A DNA stretch of 64,000 bases from an uncultured bacterium (GCA_964482725.1 CAYZYT010000008.1:3255-67254), one strand, 5' to 3'; positions 9,644 to 20,173 are shown, numbered from the stretch's first letter. Program-made: numbers and translations. The notes: generated by a model from the letters alone, not told the origin.

Positions 9644-11431
9644 CTATTTTTTTGCCGCAGCCGCGAGTTTATCCGCAAGCGTTCGGTATTCCTGCCAGAT
9701 CGCCTCGGGCATATGGGAGCCGAACTGCTCAAGGTATTTCTCGATCTCCTTGAGTTCGTCGGCCCATTCCGAAGGGTTCACGGAAAAAAGCTGCTCGATC
9801 TTATCCTGCGGGATGTTGAGCCCCGAGAGATCGAAGTCCTGGGTCTCCGGGATGATCCCGATCGGTGTTTCTTTGGCGCCTCCCTTGCCGTCAATGCGGT
9901 CGATGATCCACTTCATGACGCGGATATTATCCCCGAAGCCCGGCCAAATGAATTTGCCGTTCTCGTCGGTGCGGAACCAGTTGATGGAGTAGATCTTGGG
10001 CGCGTGCTTGAGCTTTTTCCCGAAATTGAGCCAGTGCGCGAAATAGTCGCCCATGTTGTAACCGCAGAAGGGAAGCATCGCCATGGGATCGCGGCGCGTG
10101 GCGCCGACCGTAAGCGCCGAAGCGGCGGCAGTGATCTCCGAGCCCATGCGGGTTCCGATAAAAACACCCTGCTGCCAGTTCAGGGCTTCAGCGACGAGCG
10201 GGACGAGTTTCGCGCGCTTTCCGCCAAAAAGGATCGCCGAGATGGGAACCCCTTGCGGGTTGTCGACTTCTTTGGAAAGGCTGGGGCAGTTATACATGGA
10301 GACCGTGAACCGGGAATTGGGATGTGCGGCCTTGGTTCCTTTGGAAGCGTCCCAAGGATCCCCTTTCCAATCCTCGACATTTTTTGGGACGGCGCCGTCG
10401 AGTCCTTCCCACCAAGGTTCGTTCGTGTCCTTATCGATCGCGGTGTTCGTGAAAAGCGTCGGGAAGAATTTGTTATTCTTGAGAGTTTCCACCATTTTTG
10501 GATTTGTCTTAAGCGATGTCCCCGGAGCGACCCCGAAGAATCCGGCCTCGGGATTGATCGCGTAGAGCCGTCCATCCGGACCGATGTTGAGCCAGGCGAT
10601 ATCATCGCCGACGGTCCAGACCTTGTAACCCGGGAGCGCGGACTGCATGAGCGCCAGATTCGTTTTCCCGCAAGCTGAGGGGAGTGCTGCTGCGATATAA
10701 GTGACTTTGCCCTTGGGGTCTTCGATCCCCATGATGAGCATGTGCTCGGCGAGCCAGCCTTCTTTTTGTCCGAGGCAGGACGCGATGCGAAGCGCAAAGC
10801 ATTTCTTCCCGAGAAGCGCGTTTCCGCCGTAGCCGGAGCCGAAGCTTTGAACAAGGTTCTCTTGGGGATAATGCATGATGAAACGGCGTTCAGGATTGAG
10901 ATCGCCGATCGAGTGGAGACCGCGCACGAAATTTTCGGTGTTCCCGATACGCTCAAGCGCTTCGTTGCCCATGCGGGTCATGATGCGCATGCTGACGGCG
11001 ACGTAGCAGTTGTCCGTCAACTGGACACAGGCTTTGGCGTAAGGGGATTTCGGATGTCCCATCATGTAAGGCATGACATACATCGTGCGGCCTTTCATGC
11101 AGCCGTCGAAGAGGCCGGCCATTTTGGCCTTGGCTTCTTTCGGGTCCATCCAGTTGTTGTTGGGTCCCGCCATTTCTTTGTCGGGATGGCAGATAAAAGT
11201 CAGCTGCTCTGTTCGCGCGACGTCATTGGGATGAGAATGATGATAATAAGCATTCGGCCAGGTCTTGTCGTTCAACTTTTCGAAAATGGGTTTTCCATTG
11301 AGTCGCTCTTCCTTGATGCCGACCTCGATCAGTCTCTTGGCTTCGGCTTCCGTGCCGTCGCACCAGTAGATCTTGGAAGGCTTGGTCAGTTTGGCTTGTT
11401 CTTCTACCCATTTTTCAAGCGGCGTCGTCAT
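9644..11431 (-). CDS. pckG: Phosphoenolpyruvate carboxykinase (GTP)
   Basis: NDVARTE, GSGYGGNALLGKKCFALR, PSACGKTNLA, VGDDIAW, RRDPMAMLPFCGYNM. Start moved to MTTPLEKW, which has an AAGGAG SD at 11439-11444. Confidence 0.96.
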   Translation of the reverse strand: MTTPLEKWVEEQAKLTKPSKIYWCDGTEAEAKRLIEVGIKEERLNGKPIFEKLNDKTWPNAYYHHSHPNDVARTEQLTFICHPDKEMAGPNNNWMDPKEAKAKMAGLFDGCMKGRTMYVMPYMMGHPKSPYAKACVQLTDNCYVAVSMRIMTRMGNEALERIGNTENFVRGLHSIGDLNPERRFIMHYPQENLVQSFGSGYGGNALLGKKCFALRIASCLGQKEGWLAEHMLIMGIEDPKGKVTYIAAALPSACGKTNLALMQSALPGYKVWTVGDDIAWLNIGPDGRLYAINPEAGFFGVAPGTSLKTNPKMVETLKNNKFFPTLFTNTAIDKDTNEPWWEGLDGAVPKNVEDWKGDPWDASKGTKAAHPNSRFTVSMYNCPSLSKEVDNPQGVPISAILFGGKRAKLVPLVAEALNWQQGVFIGTRMGSEITAAASALTVGATRRDPMAMLPFCGYNMGDYFAHWLNFGKKLKHAPKIYSINWFRTDENGKFIWPGFGDNIRVMKWIIDRIDGKGGAKETPIGIIPETQDFDLSGLNIPQDKIEQLFSVNPSEWADELKEIEKYLEQFGSHMPEAIWQEYRTLADKLAAAAKK

Positions 11432-11467
11432 TTTAAAGCTCCTTTTAGAGGGAATTGGACCTTGGAC

Positions 11468-11555
11468 GCGGTCCCAATACCAATCCATCGAAGGGAAACT
11501 GAGATTGGGGCCGTCCCAATTATCATTTAGAAAACGAAATGTGAAATTTGGACGG
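11468..11555 (-). promoter_or_regulatory. Conserved structured leader element, copy A (upstream of pckG)
   Basis: Minus strand: CCGTCCAAATT..AATTGGGACGG CCCCAATC..GATTGGTATTGGGACCGC; homologous to 26649-26764 and 34246-34355. Confidence 0.6.
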
Positions 11556-11618
11556 ATGAAGTCTACCGATGTAGAGTGATTTTGCAAGCGGTTTTTAACA
11601 AGAAGTGAGTTTGTGAGA

Positions 11619-12395
11619 TCAACCGTTTTCTTCAAGAAAACGTGTTACCCGGATCACCAGCCTTCGGGGGAATAAACGGACCAGGATCACCGTCAGTTTG
11701 TTCATAAATCCCGGGATGACAAGCCGTTTGCCTTTCATCAATCCGCGATAAGCTGCTGCGACTGCAGGCGCGGCTTCCATCGCAAAAGCATTTTCCCGGA
11801 TGTTCTCGGTGTTCGACTGCTTCTGGAATTGTGTCCGGGTGGGCCCGGGGCAAAAAGCCGTGACCGTGACGCCGGTTCCCGCGAGCTCTTCCGCAAGGGC
11901 TTCGGTGAAGGAAAGGACATACGCCTTGGAGGCAAAGTAGCAGGCCATGAAGGGGCCGGGTTGGAAGGCCGCCGTCGACGCGACGTTTAGGATCATGCCC
12001 CGGCCTTTCTGGAGCATCTCAGGAAGAAAGAGGCGTGTCAAATGGGTCACAGTCATTATGTTGAGTCTGAGCATGTCTTCGGTGGTTTTCCAGTCGGTCT
12101 CGGGGAAAAATCCGTGAACGCCAAAGCCGGCATTGTTCACCAGGATCTCGATAGCGATCTTTTGCTCATCCATCGCGGCTCGGAGTTCCGCCGCAGCCGC
12201 GGGAAGACTCAGGTCTTTAAAGATCGTTCTTACGTCGACGCCTCCCGCCGAACTTAATTCTTGGGCGAGTGCGCCTAAACGGGGTTCATTGCGGTCGACG
12301 AGAACGACGGGATATCCGTCTCGGACAAAAAGCCGGGCGAATTCCCGGCCCAAGCCCTCGGCGGCCCCGGTGATGAGCGCGTATTCTTTTTTCAT
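11619..12395 (-). CDS. Short-chain dehydrogenase/reductase (DltE/ketoacyl reductase-like)
   Basis: ALITGAAEGLG, LVNNAGFG, NVASTAAFQPGP, YFASK (YxxxK). Confidence 0.9.
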   Translation of the reverse strand: MKKEYALITGAAEGLGREFARLFVRDGYPVVLVDRNEPRLGALAQELSSAGGVDVRTIFKDLSLPAAAAELRAAMDEQKIAIEILVNNAGFGVHGFFPETDWKTTEDMLRLNIMTVTHLTRLFLPEMLQKGRGMILNVASTAAFQPGPFMACYFASKAYVLSFTEALAEELAGTGVTVTAFCPGPTRTQFQKQSNTENIRENAFAMEAAPAVAAAYRGLMKGKRLVIPGFMNKLTVILVRLFPRRLVIRVTRFLEENG

Positions 12396-12420
12396 GATCG
12401 TTTCCCGGAGGGTTCTCAGA

Positions 12421-13647
12421 TCAGGAGCGTATAACGCCGAGCGATTTCGCGATCCTTGCAAAAACGTTGATGGCGCGTTCGATCTCTTGCAAAGAATGGC
12501 CCGCGGTCACGGTGGTGCGGATCCGGGTGGTGTTGGGCTGGACGGCGGGGGGAAGAATCGGCACAATGAAAATTCCCTCCTGTCTTGCGATGCGGGTCAT
12601 CTCCAAAGCTTTTGCATCGTTGCCGATGATGATCGGGACAATGGGGCTTTGGCTTTTTAAAGTGTCAAAGCCGTTTGCGTGGAGCGTTTTGATGAAGTAG
12701 TGCATGTTTTCATGAAGCTTTTTTACGCGCCATGTTTCTTCCTCAATGACCTCAAAAGAGGCCTTGGCGGCCGCGGCGGAGGCCGGAGGCAGGGAGGCGG
12801 AAAAAATAAAGGGACGGATCGAATGGCGCAGATAGTTGATGAGTTTGGAATTCCCGGCGATATAACCGCCGATCGAAGGGATCGTTTTGCTCAAGGTTCC
12901 CATTTTGATATCGATGAGGCCTTCCGCCGGATCGATCCCGAAATGTTCCTCGATGCCGGTGCCTTTTTTCCCGAGAACGCCCAGCGAATGAGCTTCATCG
13001 ATCATGAGAAGGGCTTTGTATTTCCGGCAAAGGCGGATCACTTCCGGGAGGTTGATGATATCGCCGTCCATGCTGAAGACGGCATCGGCCACCACGAGTT
13101 TGGCCCCTTTCTTGGGGGCCTCGCTGAGGGTCTTTTCAAGGGATTCCATATCATTGTGCTCAAACCTCAGAAAATGAGCCCTTGAGAGGATGCAGCCGTC
13201 CACGATGCTCGCATGGTTGACCTTGTCAGAAATAACCACATCGTTACGACCGAGAAGAGCGGAGATCGTCCCGGAATTGGCGCCGTAACCCGTCGAAAGA
13301 GCGATCGCCTCCTCGGTTTTCTTGAAAGAAGCGATCTTTTTTTCGAGTTCCAGATGAATGCGGGTGGTTCCCGTCAGGAACCGGACCCCGTGAGTGCCGG
13401 TCCCGAATTCTTCAATGGCTTTTTTGGCGGCGGCATTGATCTTCGGATGTCCCAAAAGATCTAGATAAGAATAGGATGAAAATTGAAGCAGGGGGCGGCC
13501 CTGGATCGTGATGTGAACGCCGTCCACGGCGTCTGAAGAATGCATGTAGGGATACACATCCTGTTCCTTAGCTTTCCGAATGCGGGTGTTCAGCATCTCG
13601 ATCCGGGCGAGGAAAGTTCTTTGACCAAAATTTTCGGATTTATTCAT
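12421..13647 (-). CDS. PLP-dependent alpha-oxoamine synthase (serine palmitoyltransferase/BioF/Kbl family)
   Basis: SYSYLDL, NHASIVDG, DAVFSMDGD, IDEAHSLG, GTLSK (PLP lysine). Confidence 0.9.
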   Translation of the reverse strand: MNKSENFGQRTFLARIEMLNTRIRKAKEQDVYPYMHSSDAVDGVHITIQGRPLLQFSSYSYLDLLGHPKINAAAKKAIEEFGTGTHGVRFLTGTTRIHLELEKKIASFKKTEEAIALSTGYGANSGTISALLGRNDVVISDKVNHASIVDGCILSRAHFLRFEHNDMESLEKTLSEAPKKGAKLVVADAVFSMDGDIINLPEVIRLCRKYKALLMIDEAHSLGVLGKKGTGIEEHFGIDPAEGLIDIKMGTLSKTIPSIGGYIAGNSKLINYLRHSIRPFIFSASLPPASAAAAKASFEVIEEETWRVKKLHENMHYFIKTLHANGFDTLKSQSPIVPIIIGNDAKALEMTRIARQEGIFIVPILPPAVQPNTTRIRTTVTAGHSLQEIERAINVFARIAKSLGVIRS

Positions 13648-13652
13648 GAGAT

Positions 13653-14210
13653 TTATTCCTTCACTAAGAAAAGTTGACTGTTGTGAACTTTATAGAACAT
13701 GGGCGCGACTTTAACTTTAGGGTAACGAAGACGAAGCCGCTTCACCTCGCTTAAGACGAAATCCGTTTCATTGCCGATCTCGAAGAGGTGGGAAGAGATC
13801 CTGAAATGTTCTTCAGCGTCCTTTTTCTTCCAACCACCTTTTTTGACGAGCCCTTTGATGAACAGGTCTTTGCGCGCGGGGAGGTTGACCATCCCGCAGT
13901 GGTCGTGGGTGATCAGCGCGATATGAGAAACACCGCCAACCGCGATCGCATAAGAGACTTTGAACTCGCTGTAACGGAGATTCGCACCGCCCGTTCGCAG
14001 CACGAAAGCGAAATTGTCGGGGATATGCAGAAGCTTGCGGCTGTCCATGCACATGCCGATGAGCAGTTGCGCTTGAGAATAGGGCTTGAAAGGGCGGCCA
14101 AGATTCTGGTATTCCAGGAGACGTCCGATCGGAGTGTTCCTGTATTTGGTCGGGATGTCCGAGATTTTTTGGATCGAAATAAGACGGCGCATGTATTTCC
14201 AATAATCCAT
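13653..14210 (-). CDS. Beta-class carbonic anhydrase-like protein
   Basis: Zn ligand motifs CMDSR and HDHC; LRTGG. Confidence 0.75.
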   Translation of the reverse strand: MDYWKYMRRLISIQKISDIPTKYRNTPIGRLLEYQNLGRPFKPYSQAQLLIGMCMDSRKLLHIPDNFAFVLRTGGANLRYSEFKVSYAIAVGGVSHIALITHDHCGMVNLPARKDLFIKGLVKKGGWKKKDAEEHFRISSHLFEIGNETDFVLSEVKRLRLRYPKVKVAPMFYKVHNSQLFLVKE

Positions 14211-14516
14211 TCTTGAACCGCTGCAAAAAAACGAGTGAGAAAATCGAGCCCCTGACCCCTAATCGCCGCAATCAGGCTCTTGAGTTCGACAAAGTTTATC
14301 CATCTTTGACCGAGATGTCCATAAAATCTAAGGGTTTGTCCGGCCCAAGAAGTTTTTTACAACAGCGGGTGTAGAAAAGCATAGATAGCTGCTTGGGGGT
14401 TGGGGGAGGTAGAATGGGTTTGTGAGAAAAAGGACAAAGGTGGGAAGGTCGTTTTCGTTTTTTTCCTTCTCCAACAGAAGGATTTAAGATAGACTTTTGC
14501 GCGAAAGTGGCCTTGA

Positions 14517-15974
14517 ATGACGGAGAGAAATGTCGTGAGCGAAAGAACTTCTGTTCCTGTGGATGTCAACGCGATCATGGAAAAAGCGGCCTGTGCGGCG
14601 GCCGTTTTTAGCCAGTTGGACCAAGCGCACACTGACCGGATCGTCCGGGCGGTGTATGAAGCGGGCTTTAATAATCGCGTTCGATTGGCCAAGCATGCCG
14701 TGGAAGAGACGGGGGTCGGGAACTGGCAGGACAAGGTTCTTAAAAACGTAGTGGCCACCCAGCTTGTCTACGATGATATCAAGGATCATAAAACCGTCGG
14801 GATCATTTCCGAGGACAAGGAGCGCGGGATCACGGAGATCGCCCAGCCGCTCGGCCCCATTTTTGCGGTGATCCCGGTGACGAACCCGACCTCGACGGTG
14901 ATGTTCAAGATCCTGATCGCGCTGAAGACGAGAAACCCCATTATTATTCATCCTCACTCGCGTGCCCTGCAATGTTCCCAAGAGGCCGCCCGTATTTGCT
15001 ATAACGCGGCGCTTGCGGAAGATGCTCCGGAAGATTGCATCCAGTGGCTGGATAAAACGTCGCGCGAAGAAACCCATAAGCTGATGCAGCATCCCAAGCT
15101 GGCGCTGATCCTGGCGACCGGCGGCGGAAGCCTTGTCAATGCCGCCTACAGCTCGGGAACGCCGGCGCTCGGAGTCGGTGCCGGGAACGTGCCGGTCTTT
15201 ATTGAAAGAAGCGCGGACATCTCCTTCGCCGTAGAACAGATCCTCATTTCAAAAACATTCGACAACGGGACGGTCTGCGCCAGCGAGCAAGCCCTTGTTG
15301 TGGAGCGGCCGCTTGCCGAAAAAGTGATCGAGGAATTCAAGAAAAGAAACGCCCGCGTGCTTTCCGATGACGAGGTCCGGCGCCTTGAAAAAATAGCGTA
15401 TGACCCGGAGCGCATGATCATGACCATGGCCGTGGTGGGAAAAACGGCGCCGGAGATTGCAAAGCTTGCGGGGATCGATGTCCCGCCCCAAACAACACTT
15501 CTCATTGCGCCGCTTGAGGGGATCGGAAGGGCCCATCCTCTTTCGGCGGAGATCCTGGCGCCTATTCTTGCGTTCTATGTCGCCGAAGATTTCGAGCATG
15601 CGGTCAACCTGTGCATCGACCTCAACTATTTTGGCGGGATCGGGCATACGGTGAGCTTGTTTTCCAATGACGAGGCGAAGATCAAAAAATTTGCCTCGGT
15701 CATGAACGCGGGCCGCGTGGTCGTGAATTTGCCTTCATCCCAGGGAGCGGTCGGCGGGATCTATAACACGCTTCACCCGTCATTTACGCTGGGCTGCGGC
15801 ACCGGCGGCAAGAACATCACGACAGACAACATCACGACGAAGCATCTGCTGAATATCCAGCGTATCAGCCGGCGCCGTGTGAACCGGCGCCTCGAGAGCT
15901 TCGACAAAGCGCATTATCTGGATGAATCCCTGGATGCCAAAGCCATTGAAAAGGAATTTAACCGGAACTTCTGA
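14517..15974 (+). CDS. CoA-acylating aldehyde dehydrogenase (stand-alone AdhE ALDH-domain type)
   Basis: PVTNPTST, ATGGGSLV, GVGAGNVP, SKTFDNGTVCASEQ, PSFTLGCGTGG; no ADH domain follows. Confidence 0.9.
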   Translation: MTERNVVSERTSVPVDVNAIMEKAACAAAVFSQLDQAHTDRIVRAVYEAGFNNRVRLAKHAVEETGVGNWQDKVLKNVVATQLVYDDIKDHKTVGIISEDKERGITEIAQPLGPIFAVIPVTNPTSTVMFKILIALKTRNPIIIHPHSRALQCSQEAARICYNAALAEDAPEDCIQWLDKTSREETHKLMQHPKLALILATGGGSLVNAAYSSGTPALGVGAGNVPVFIERSADISFAVEQILISKTFDNGTVCASEQALVVERPLAEKVIEEFKKRNARVLSDDEVRRLEKIAYDPERMIMTMAVVGKTAPEIAKLAGIDVPPQTTLLIAPLEGIGRAHPLSAEILAPILAFYVAEDFEHAVNLCIDLNYFGGIGHTVSLFSNDEAKIKKFASVMNAGRVVVNLPSSQGAVGGIYNTLHPSFTLGCGTGGKNITTDNITTKHLLNIQRISRRRVNRRLESFDKAHYLDESLDAKAIEKEFNRNF

Positions 15975-16043
15975 AAGCCTCTAACGAAATGCGTCATGCT
16001 GTTCGGCGCTCGAGGCGCATTGCCAACGGAACGGGAGGAATGC

Positions 16044-16337
16044 ATGGTCAACTACATCGACGGGACGGAGAAGCTCATCTGCTGCTTTGAAGACCGGATG
16101 GATACGGTCCAATGCCTGGCCGTCGAAAAAGAGATCTTTGAGAAGATCCAGGGCGTGGGGATTCCCGTTGTTTTTGATCTCGAGAAAGTCGTTTATATCG
16201 CATCTTCGTTCTTGCGTATTTGCATCCGGGCCTGCAAAACGGTCGGTGCGGAAAGATTTTCATTGGTCCATGTGTGCCCCGAGATCAAAAAGGTTTTTAA
16301 AATCGCGGGTTTCGACAGGCAGATCAATATTCAGTGA
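16044..16337 (+). CDS. STAS anti-sigma factor antagonist
   Basis: FDLEKVVYIASSFLR...IKKVFKIAGF; GGAGG SD upstream of ATG 16044. Confidence 0.85.
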   Translation: MVNYIDGTEKLICCFEDRMDTVQCLAVEKEIFEKIQGVGIPVVFDLEKVVYIASSFLRICIRACKTVGAERFSLVHVCPEIKKVFKIAGFDRQINIQ

Positions 16338-16391
16338 TCGCACCGTTAATCTTTCCGGAAATGAGACCGGTTTAAACAAAGGAGGAATTCC

Positions 16392-16787
16392 ATGGCATTC
16401 AGCGTTAAGATCGAGAACCGTGAAGCAGGCACGTGCGTGATGGCTCTTGAGGGCCGGCTGGACGCCACGACGTACCTTTCCCTTGAAGAAAAGATGAATA
16501 CTCTCCCGGGAACCAAAATCAAGGCGTTGGTACTGGACTTGGGGAAACTGGCTTATATTTCGAGCGCCGGCGTGCGCGTGATCCTGAAAGCCCGGAAAAT
16601 GATGGCAGCCGTCAGCGGCACCCTTCTGATGACGAACCCCCAGCCGCAGATCCGGAAAGTTTTCGAGATCGTCAATGCGCTTCCCGATACGCCGATCTTT
16701 GAAAGTGTCGAGGAGGCCGATCAGTATCTCGATACCATGCAGAGGGAAGAAATTGAAAAGCAAAGGCGTCTTTCGGATCCGCAATAG
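16392..16787 (+). CDS. STAS anti-sigma factor antagonist
   Basis: LEGRLD, LDLGKLAYISSAGVR (phospho-Ser motif). Confidence 0.9.
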   Translation: MAFSVKIENREAGTCVMALEGRLDATTYLSLEEKMNTLPGTKIKALVLDLGKLAYISSAGVRVILKARKMMAAVSGTLLMTNPQPQIRKVFEIVNALPDTPIFESVEEADQYLDTMQREEIEKQRRLSDPQ

Positions 16788-16797
16788 ACCTTCCTTG

Positions 16798-17820
16798 ATG
16801 CCTCCGACCCACCGGGGTTCTTTAACGAAGCTTCTTACGGCCTTTTTTTTTGTCGCCGTCCTTCTGTCCTTCGTCCCCCCCTCACTTTTTGCCGAGGAGA
16901 ACGTTTCTCTTAAAAAAGTAACCTTCATGACCTTGTGGCTTCCTCAGGCGCAATTCGCCGGTTTCTATGCCGCGCAGAAGAAGGGGATCTATAAGAAATA
17001 CGGTCTTGATGTCACGATCCTTCACGGGGGGCCGAGCCGGTCTCCGTACGATTTTCTTGAGAAGGGCAGGGTCTCTCTGGCGATGCTGTGGCTGGCCACC
17101 GGGATCGAGAAACGCGCACAGGGAGCGAAGATCGTCAATGTCGCCCAGTTGTCACAAAAAGCGGCGTTGATGCTCGTCGCTAAAAAAGAGAGCGGGATCA
17201 AAGAACCCAAGGATCTTGAGGGGAAGAAGGTCGGGCTTTGGGACGAGATCTACCAGGTCCAGCCGCGCGCGTTCTTCGAGAAATTCGGACTTCACGTGAA
17301 AGTGGTTCCGCAGTCCTATTCCGTCAACATGTTCCTGCGGGGTGGCGTTGACGTGGCTTCTGCGATGTGGTTCAACGAATATCACACGATCCTGGCGTCG
17401 GGCGTGGACCCGGAAGAGCTCACGACGATCTTTTTTTCTGAGCATAGTCTGAACTTTCCTGAAGACGGGCTTTACGTCCTGGAAGCGACGCTGGCAAAAG
17501 ATCCCGAGCGCGTCGCCGCGTTCGTGAAGGCGTCCCTGGAAGGATGGCAGTATGCGTTCGACCACCCGGAGGAAGTGCTGGTCCTGGTGATGCGGAACAT
17601 GAAAGAAGCGCATGTCCCCGCGAGTCTCGCGCATCAGAAATGGATGCTCGCGCGGATGAAGGACCTTATGCAGCCGGCCGGAGGAAAGCGCCTGCCGGGA
17701 ACGCTTGCCGAGGAAGATTTTAAGCGGACGGGCGAGGCCTTGAAAAAGAGCGGACTGATCGCCACGGTTCCGCGCTTCGAGGAATTCTACAAGTTCGGGG
17801 GGATCCGGGATGAAGGATAA
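16798..17820 (+). CDS. NMT1/THI5-like periplasmic substrate-binding protein
   Basis: Signal peptide followed by WLPQAQFAGFYAAQKKGIY, DLEGKKVGLW, AAFVKASLEGWQYA. Confidence 0.85.
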   Translation: MPPTHRGSLTKLLTAFFFVAVLLSFVPPSLFAEENVSLKKVTFMTLWLPQAQFAGFYAAQKKGIYKKYGLDVTILHGGPSRSPYDFLEKGRVSLAMLWLATGIEKRAQGAKIVNVAQLSQKAALMLVAKKESGIKEPKDLEGKKVGLWDEIYQVQPRAFFEKFGLHVKVVPQSYSVNMFLRGGVDVASAMWFNEYHTILASGVDPEELTTIFFSEHSLNFPEDGLYVLEATLAKDPERVAAFVKASLEGWQYAFDHPEEVLVLVMRNMKEAHVPASLAHQKWMLARMKDLMQPAGGKRLPGTLAEEDFKRTGEALKKSGLIATVPRFEEFYKFGGIRDEG

Positions 17821-20173
17821 AAGCATTGCCTTCAAGCTCAGCTTTTTCGTTCTGACCTTTACGGGCCTTATTTTTGCCGGTATTTTCGGATACAACTATT
17901 TTGTTTCTCGCCAGATGATCCTGAAGAACATCGAGGAGAACGCGCGAAACCTTTCGGTTGCGACCGCCCAGCGCATTGAGACGGTCCTGCGTTCTGTCCA
18001 GGAAGTTCCGGAAACTGTCGCCGAAGTGTTGCAGGAGATCTCTTACGACAAGGCGGTCCTGAACCGGCTTTTAAGCACGGCGGTCGAGAATAATCCCGCG
18101 ATTTACGGCTCCACGGCGGCGTTCGAGCCGGGTTCTTTCGAAAAAGGCGCGCAGTTCTTTGCGCCGTACTTTTATAAAAGCGGCGGCGGGATCCAATTTA
18201 CCCATCTCGGAGGGAATGACTACCGGTATTTTTTCTTTGACTGGTATCAGATTCCCAAAGAGCTCGGTCGCCCGTCGTGGACGGAGCCCTATTACGACGA
18301 AGGCGGCGGCAATGTCATTATGTCCACGTATTCGGCCCCTTTTTACCGGCGCGAAGGGGGAGAAAGAAAATTCGCGGGCGTGGTGACGGCGGACGTGTCC
18401 CTCGGATGGCTTCAGAAAATGGTCTCCGAGATCAGGATCGCCAAAACCGGCTACGCCTTTCTTATCTCCCGGAACGGGACGTTCGTGACGCATCCCCATA
18501 AATCGCTGATCATGAACGAAACCCTTTTTAGCACGGCAGAGGTCCGGGGAGACCGGCATTTGCGGGAGGTCGGAAGAGATATGATCCGAGGTCACTCCGG
18601 GTTTGTTCCGTTCACCTCCCTTGTTTCGGGCCAGGCGTGCTGGATGGGGTATGCGCCGGTCCCGTCCACGGGATGGTCGGTCGGCGTTATTTTTCCCAAG
18701 GACGAACTTTTGGCGGATGTTCAGCGTTTGGGCCGGATCGATCTTGCCTTAGCGTTCTGCGGGTTTCTGATCCTTTTTTCGGTCATCGTTCTGATCTCGG
18801 GTTCCATCACGCGTCCTTTGAGAGCCCTCGCGGATGCGGCGAAGGCTCTTGCAAAAGGGAATTGGGAGATCGAGCTTCCTCCCGCGAGATCAAAAGATGA
18901 AGTCGGGACCCTCTCCGCTTCCTTCCTATATATGAAGGAAGCCCTGAAAAAATACATCCGGGAACTCACGGAAACGACGGCGGCCAAGGAGCGCATGGAA
19001 GGTGAGCTCAAGGTCGCTCACGAGATCCAGATGAGCCTCGTCCCAAAAGTTTTCCCGCCTTTTCCGAAAAGACCGGAGCTGGATATTTATGCCGTGCTGG
19101 AGCCCGCCCGAGAAGTGGGCGGGGATCTTTATGATTTTTTCTTTATCGACGAGAACCGGCTTTGCTTCGTGATCGGTGATGTCTCCGGGAAGGGGGTTCC
19201 CGCCGCTCTTTTCATGGCGATGACCAAAACGCTGATCAAGACGAACGCCAAAATGTGTACGAGCCCGGAGGAGATCCTGGAGAAGGTCAATGTCGAGATC
19301 TCGGAGGGCAACGATGCGTGCATGTTTGTCACGGTGTTCTGCGGCATCCTGGACACCCGGACAGGAGAGGTTTGCTATTCGAACGGCGGCCACAATCCCC
19401 CGTTTATTCTCCGGAAAGGGCAGGCGCCCGAATTTTTGCGCGGCGGCCACAGTCCGGCTGTCGGCGTCCTGGAAGACGCTGTGTTTGAAAAGGCCGGTCT
19501 CAAGATGGAGCCGGGAGATGCCCTTTATCTTTATACCGACGGAGTGACAGAAGCGTGCGATGATCAAGACGAGCTTTTTTCCGAAGAGCGATTGCAGGAG
19601 ATGCTTTCCGGGCCGGTCCCGGGATCTCTCAAGGGACTCGTGGAAAAAACGCTTCAAGAGGTTCGTTCCTTTTCGGGCGCGATGCCTCAAGCCGATGATA
19701 TTACTCTCCTGGTGTTGAGATATTATGGCGCTCGCGGAGAAGAAAAAGAGGGGGGCAAAATGAAATTGATGCTTGAGAATAAACTCACCGAGCTTTCGAA
19801 ACTTCAGGGAGCGCTCGCAGAGTTCTCGGGAAAAGTCGGTCTGTCCCAAGAAGTCCTTCATGACCTGCAGCTGGTTTTGGAAGAGATCGTGGTCAATGTC
19901 ATTTCCTATGCCTATGCGGACACCGCGAGGCATGAGATCGTCGTCTCTCTTGAAAAAGAGGGGAGTGAGCTCGCCGTCCGGGTGCAGGACGAAGGCCGGG
20001 CATTCGACCCGCTCAAGGTTCCCGAACCGGACCTGGACGTGCCTGTGGAAGAGAGGCCCATCGGAGGTCTCGGGATGCACCTGGTCCGCAATCTGGCGCG
20101 GGAAGTGAACTATGAAAGAGTCCAGGGCAAGAATATTCTCACCTTGAAGATCTCTCTTCCCACTGCTTCCTGA
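17810..20173 (+). CDS. Cache-HAMP-PP2C (SpoIIE/RsbU) phosphatase fused to an RsbW-like HATPase
   Basis: TM, Cache (WTEPYYDEGGG), TM, HAMP (DEVGTLS), PP2C (VGGDLYDF, IGDVSGKG, YTDGVTE, DDITLL), C-terminal EEIVVN..DEG..GGLG. Confidence 0.92.
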   Translation: MKDKSIAFKLSFFVLTFTGLIFAGIFGYNYFVSRQMILKNIEENARNLSVATAQRIETVLRSVQEVPETVAEVLQEISYDKAVLNRLLSTAVENNPAIYGSTAAFEPGSFEKGAQFFAPYFYKSGGGIQFTHLGGNDYRYFFFDWYQIPKELGRPSWTEPYYDEGGGNVIMSTYSAPFYRREGGERKFAGVVTADVSLGWLQKMVSEIRIAKTGYAFLISRNGTFVTHPHKSLIMNETLFSTAEVRGDRHLREVGRDMIRGHSGFVPFTSLVSGQACWMGYAPVPSTGWSVGVIFPKDELLADVQRLGRIDLALAFCGFLILFSVIVLISGSITRPLRALADAAKALAKGNWEIELPPARSKDEVGTLSASFLYMKEALKKYIRELTETTAAKERMEGELKVAHEIQMSLVPKVFPPFPKRPELDIYAVLEPAREVGGDLYDFFFIDENRLCFVIGDVSGKGVPAALFMAMTKTLIKTNAKMCTSPEEILEKVNVEISEGNDACMFVTVFCGILDTRTGEVCYSNGGHNPPFILRKGQAPEFLRGGHSPAVGVLEDAVFEKAGLKMEPGDALYLYTDGVTEACDDQDELFSEERLQEMLSGPVPGSLKGLVEKTLQEVRSFSGAMPQADDITLLVLRYYGARGEEKEGGKMKLMLENKLTELSKLQGALAEFSGKVGLSQEVLHDLQLVLEEIVVNVISYAYADTARHEIVVSLEKEGSELAVRVQDEGRAFDPLKVPEPDLDVPVEERPIGGLGMHLVRNLAREVNYERVQGKNILTLKISLPTAS

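Noticed and set aside
11432-11635. 68-aa N-terminal extension of PEPCK in the ORF track; likewise the extended starts at 16675, 42962, 48011 and 34293
   Set aside because: The extensions run through non-coding repeat/leader elements or neighbouring genes; downstream ATGs, several with clear SD sites, fit the family N-termini better.
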